Of a stretch of 48,597 nucleotides of DNA, positions 46,306-48,597 are shown in pieces. The notes beneath the pieces are model-generated. The model saw only the letters and a list, made by a program, of their open reading frames with translations. It did no database searches and was not told the origin of the DNA. The DNA lies in assembly GCA_966243015.1 (NCBI GenBank), contig CBIMES010000001.1, positions 1-48,597 on the forward strand, read 5' to 3'. The translations under genes were made by a program, and so were the position numbers. Within the stretch, counting starts at the first letter, position 1; each line of letters opens with the position of its first letter. The DNA comes from an uncultured bacterium (lineage in GTDB: Bacteria; Patescibacteriota; Minisyncoccia; Phycocordibacterales; UBA6065).

Positions 46306-46995
46306 TTAGGTGAAAATTGTCTTTCCCGGCACCTCGATTTTGTATCCGCGTCCCGGCACCGTGTGTATGAGCTTCTTCCTCGCCCCGGCGTCTATCTTTT
46401 TCCTAAGGTTCAGGATGTGTGCCTCGATAGTGTTGGAGAAGGGGTCTATCTCGCTGTTCCAGACGTGTTCCATGAGCATGGCCCTGCTGACCACGGTGCC
46501 GCGATTTCTGAGCAGGTACTCGGCGAGGGCAAACTCCTTGCGGGTAAGGTAGATTTCCTTCTTTCCGCGGCGGACGCGCTGCTCGAGGGTGTCGAGGATG
46601 AGGTCGTCTACCTTGAGCAGGGGAGGCATGAGCGTCCTTGGTCTGCGGAGCAGGGCGTGCACCCGCGACTTGAGCTCGTTGTACGAGAAGGGCTTGGTCA
46701 CGTAGTCGTCGGCCCCCGCGTTGAGGAGCTCTATCTTGTCGTCGACCGAGGATTTGACCGAAAGTATGATGATGGGCGTGTGTTTGCCGCTCTGCCGTAC
46801 TTCCTTGCAGACGTCGAGGCCGTTCTTCTTCGGCAGGACATTGTCGAGGAGTATGGCGTCGTATTCATGGGTTCTGGCGAGATACGATCCCTCCTCTCCA
46901 TCGGCAGCGGTGTCGACCGCAAAAGTCTCGGCCTGGAAATGCGCCTTGAGAGAGCCTCTGAGGTCGCGGTCGTCTTCTATGACAAGTATGCGCAT
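46306..46995 (-). CDS. OmpR/PhoB-family response regulator
   Basis: 229 aa. Receiver MRILVIEDD...DAILLD...KPF, plus a winged-helix output domain (LTRKEFALAEYLL...VPGRGYKI). Confidence 0.9.
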   Translation of the reverse strand: MRILVIEDDRDLRGSLKAHFQAETFAVDTAADGEEGSYLARTHEYDAILLDNVLPKKNGLDVCKEVRQSGKHTPIIILSVKSSVDDKIELLNAGADDYVTKPFSYNELKSRVHALLRRPRTLMPPLLKVDDLILDTLEQRVRRGKKEIYLTRKEFALAEYLLRNRGTVVSRAMLMEHVWNSEIDPFSNTIEAHILNLRKKIDAGARKKLIHTVPGRGYKIEVPGKTIFT

Positions 46996-47128
46996 GTGGT
47001 TGTTTTCTGATAGACGCGCTTCATTCTACATTTCAGAATTAGGGCCACAATAAGCCAGCTATTCACAAATTTATCTTTTCTTTATCCCGCTTGACTTTGG
47101 TGTTAGAATCGAGGCAATATCAACGCAT

Positions 47129-47596
47129 ATGAAAACAATACTGAAGAACAAATATTTCTGGATCGCGGTAGTGGCGGGCCTTATCATTGGCGACATCATC
47201 GGCGTTGCCCTCTTCAGGGACCGCAAGGAGCCTGTGAGCGAGAGCGTCATCTCGACCGTCTCCGCCGCCACGACTTCCCCTTACTTCCTGAGGGTCTCTC
47301 AGCAGGCGGCGACCTCTACGGTTCTCGTCTCTGAGGTTCGCACGCTCGCGACCTCGACCTGGCTCGCGGTCAGGGAGCAGAACGGGGACTTCCTCGGTCG
47401 CATCCTTGGTGCCCGTCGCGTGGACGCGACCTCGACGAGCGAGGTTGTGATCGACCTTCTCCGACCGACGACCCCTCATGTCATGTACGCGGTCGTCATG
47501 TACGAAGATGACGGAGACAGGCAGTTTGACTTCAAGCTCGACACCCTCGTTCGACAGGGAAGCACGACGCTCTCGTTCCCGTTCACCGCTTTCTAG
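47129..47596 (+). CDS. Hypothetical membrane-anchored protein
   Basis: 155 aa. N-terminal TM helix, then a Ser/Thr-rich linker and a beta-rich domain. TGtTAGAAT promoter upstream. Confidence 0.55.
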   Translation: MKTILKNKYFWIAVVAGLIIGDIIGVALFRDRKEPVSESVISTVSAATTSPYFLRVSQQAATSTVLVSEVRTLATSTWLAVREQNGDFLGRILGARRVDATSTSEVVIDLLRPTTPHVMYAVVMYEDDGDRQFDFKLDTLVRQGSTTLSFPFTAF

Positions 47597-47629
47597 TCGG
47601 TACCTGATGCTGTCTGCCCTCGCGAAATC

Positions 47630-48520
47630 ATGAAGCACGAGATTCTCCTCTACTATAAATACGCCGCCATCAGAAACCCGGAGAAGTTCGCGGCCGAGCA
47701 GCGTGCGCTCTGCCAGAGGTTGGGTCTCAAGGGCCGCATCATCGTGGCCAAGGAGGGAATCAACGGCACGGTCGAGGGCACGGCCAAGGCGACGAAGGTC
47801 TATCGCGCCGACCTCGTAAAGAGGCGCGGCTTCGCCGACATTCACTGGAAGCGAAGCGTTGGGACGGGCACCGCGTTCCCGCGCCTTTCCGTGAAGGTCA
47901 GGCCCGAAATCGTCTCGCTCTCGCTCAAGAAGTCGCGTCAGACGGACGTCGACCCTCGCAAGACCACGGGCATTCATCTCGCGCCCAAGGATCTCCATTC
48001 CTGGTTCAAGAAGGGCGAGAAGTTTACCATCATCGACATGCGCAACGACTACGAGCACAAGGTTGGCGCGTTTGAGGGCTCGGTTCTCCCTCCGCTCAAG
48101 AACTTTCGTGATCTGCCGAAGGCCATGAAGGGACTCAAGAAGTTTTCCAAGGACAAGGTGCTCACGGTCTGTACCGGCGGCGTGCGCTGCGAGAAGGCCT
48201 CGGGATATCTCATCAAGAAAGGCTTCAAGAACGTCTATCAGCTCGACGGCGGTATTGTCTCGTACATGGAGAAGTATCCTGGACAGCATTTCAAGGGCTC
48301 CTTGTACGTCTTTGATGGTCGCGTCACCATGGCTTTTGACCCAAAGAAGGGCAGGAGGGAGATCATTGGCACCTGCGAGCACTGCTCTGCAAAGACCGAG
48401 CGCTTTGGCGACTGTCGGTCGGGTGACTGCGCGAAGCAGATTCTCGTCTGCGATGACTGCTCGGCGCGAGGGAAGGGTGTATACTGTAGAGAGCACCTCA
48501 CGAAGGTGGTTTCCCCGTAA
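47630..48520 (+). CDS. trhO: tRNA uridine(34) hydroxylase (rhodanese-domain, UPF0176/YceA family)
   Basis: 296 aa. YKY..I.....F......C..LGLKGRIIVAKEGINGTV N-domain, rhodanese loop CTGGVRCEKAS, and a C-terminal Cys cluster. Confidence 0.85.
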   Translation: MKHEILLYYKYAAIRNPEKFAAEQRALCQRLGLKGRIIVAKEGINGTVEGTAKATKVYRADLVKRRGFADIHWKRSVGTGTAFPRLSVKVRPEIVSLSLKKSRQTDVDPRKTTGIHLAPKDLHSWFKKGEKFTIIDMRNDYEHKVGAFEGSVLPPLKNFRDLPKAMKGLKKFSKDKVLTVCTGGVRCEKASGYLIKKGFKNVYQLDGGIVSYMEKYPGQHFKGSLYVFDGRVTMAFDPKKGRREIIGTCEHCSAKTERFGDCRSGDCAKQILVCDDCSARGKGVYCREHLTKVVSP

Positions 48521-48526
48521 ACACAC

Positions 48527-48597
48527 ATGGACACAAAAAAGCTTCAGATGTCTTTCTTCATCGGTCTCCTGATCGCCATCTTCCTCCTGGCCGGAGC
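48527..48597 (+). CDS. 5' fragment of a membrane/secreted protein (runs off the window)
   Basis: ATG at 48527, then MDTKKLQMSFFIGLLIAIFLLAG (signal/anchor-like). Only 23 codons are visible. Confidence 0.35.
   Translation, partial: MDTKKLQMSFFIGLLIAIFLLAG

Overview
This is a 48.6 kb chromosomal segment from a bacterium with GC-rich third codon positions. By inference it is a Patescibacteria/CPR (Parcubacteria-like) organism. The grounds are a divergent 16S with mismatches at universal primer sites, an unlinked rRNA gene, a LamG-type pilin, O-antigen-ligase/TPR proteins, and only lower-glycolysis metabolism genes. All family assignments come from motif recognition by eye; no database search was run.

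Content:
- RNA genes: a 16S rRNA cut by the window edge, tRNA-Ile(GAT), tRNA-Arg(CCT) and RNase P RNA.
- About 45 protein genes, mostly housekeeping: pyk, gpmI, eno, secA, lepA, obg, gatB, nrdAB plus a glutaredoxin, rlmH, rsmI and trhO.
- Scattered cell-envelope genes: mpl-like ligase, mraY, murB, murJ, DUF218, and an NlpC/P60 plus ATP-grasp pair.
- A soluble VirD4/TraD-like ATPase, two O-antigen-ligase/TPR paralogs and an OmpR-type response regulator.
- Several small or lineage-specific ORFs.

No CRISPR array, integrase/transposase or recoded stop codon was seen.

Most notable observations:
1. One uninterrupted ORF fuses a complete MYG1/UPF0160 domain to an intact type IV prepilin signal plus a LamG pilin.
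2. The 16S 3' tail lacks the CCUCC anti-Shine-Dalgarno sequence. Matching this, SD motifs are nearly absent, many -10 boxes sit 6-9 nt from the ATG, and leaders are A/C-rich.
3. A ~95-nt structured element occurs twice, just after secA and just after nrdB, with compensatory base-pair changes.
4. The 16S is unlinked from any 23S. A terminator, a consensus promoter and a small ORF lie between it and tRNA-Ile.
5. An ATP-grasp/NlpC-P60 pair sits upstream of mraY, an Mpl-type ligase lies nearby, and there is an untracked LysW-like zinc-ribbon ORF.
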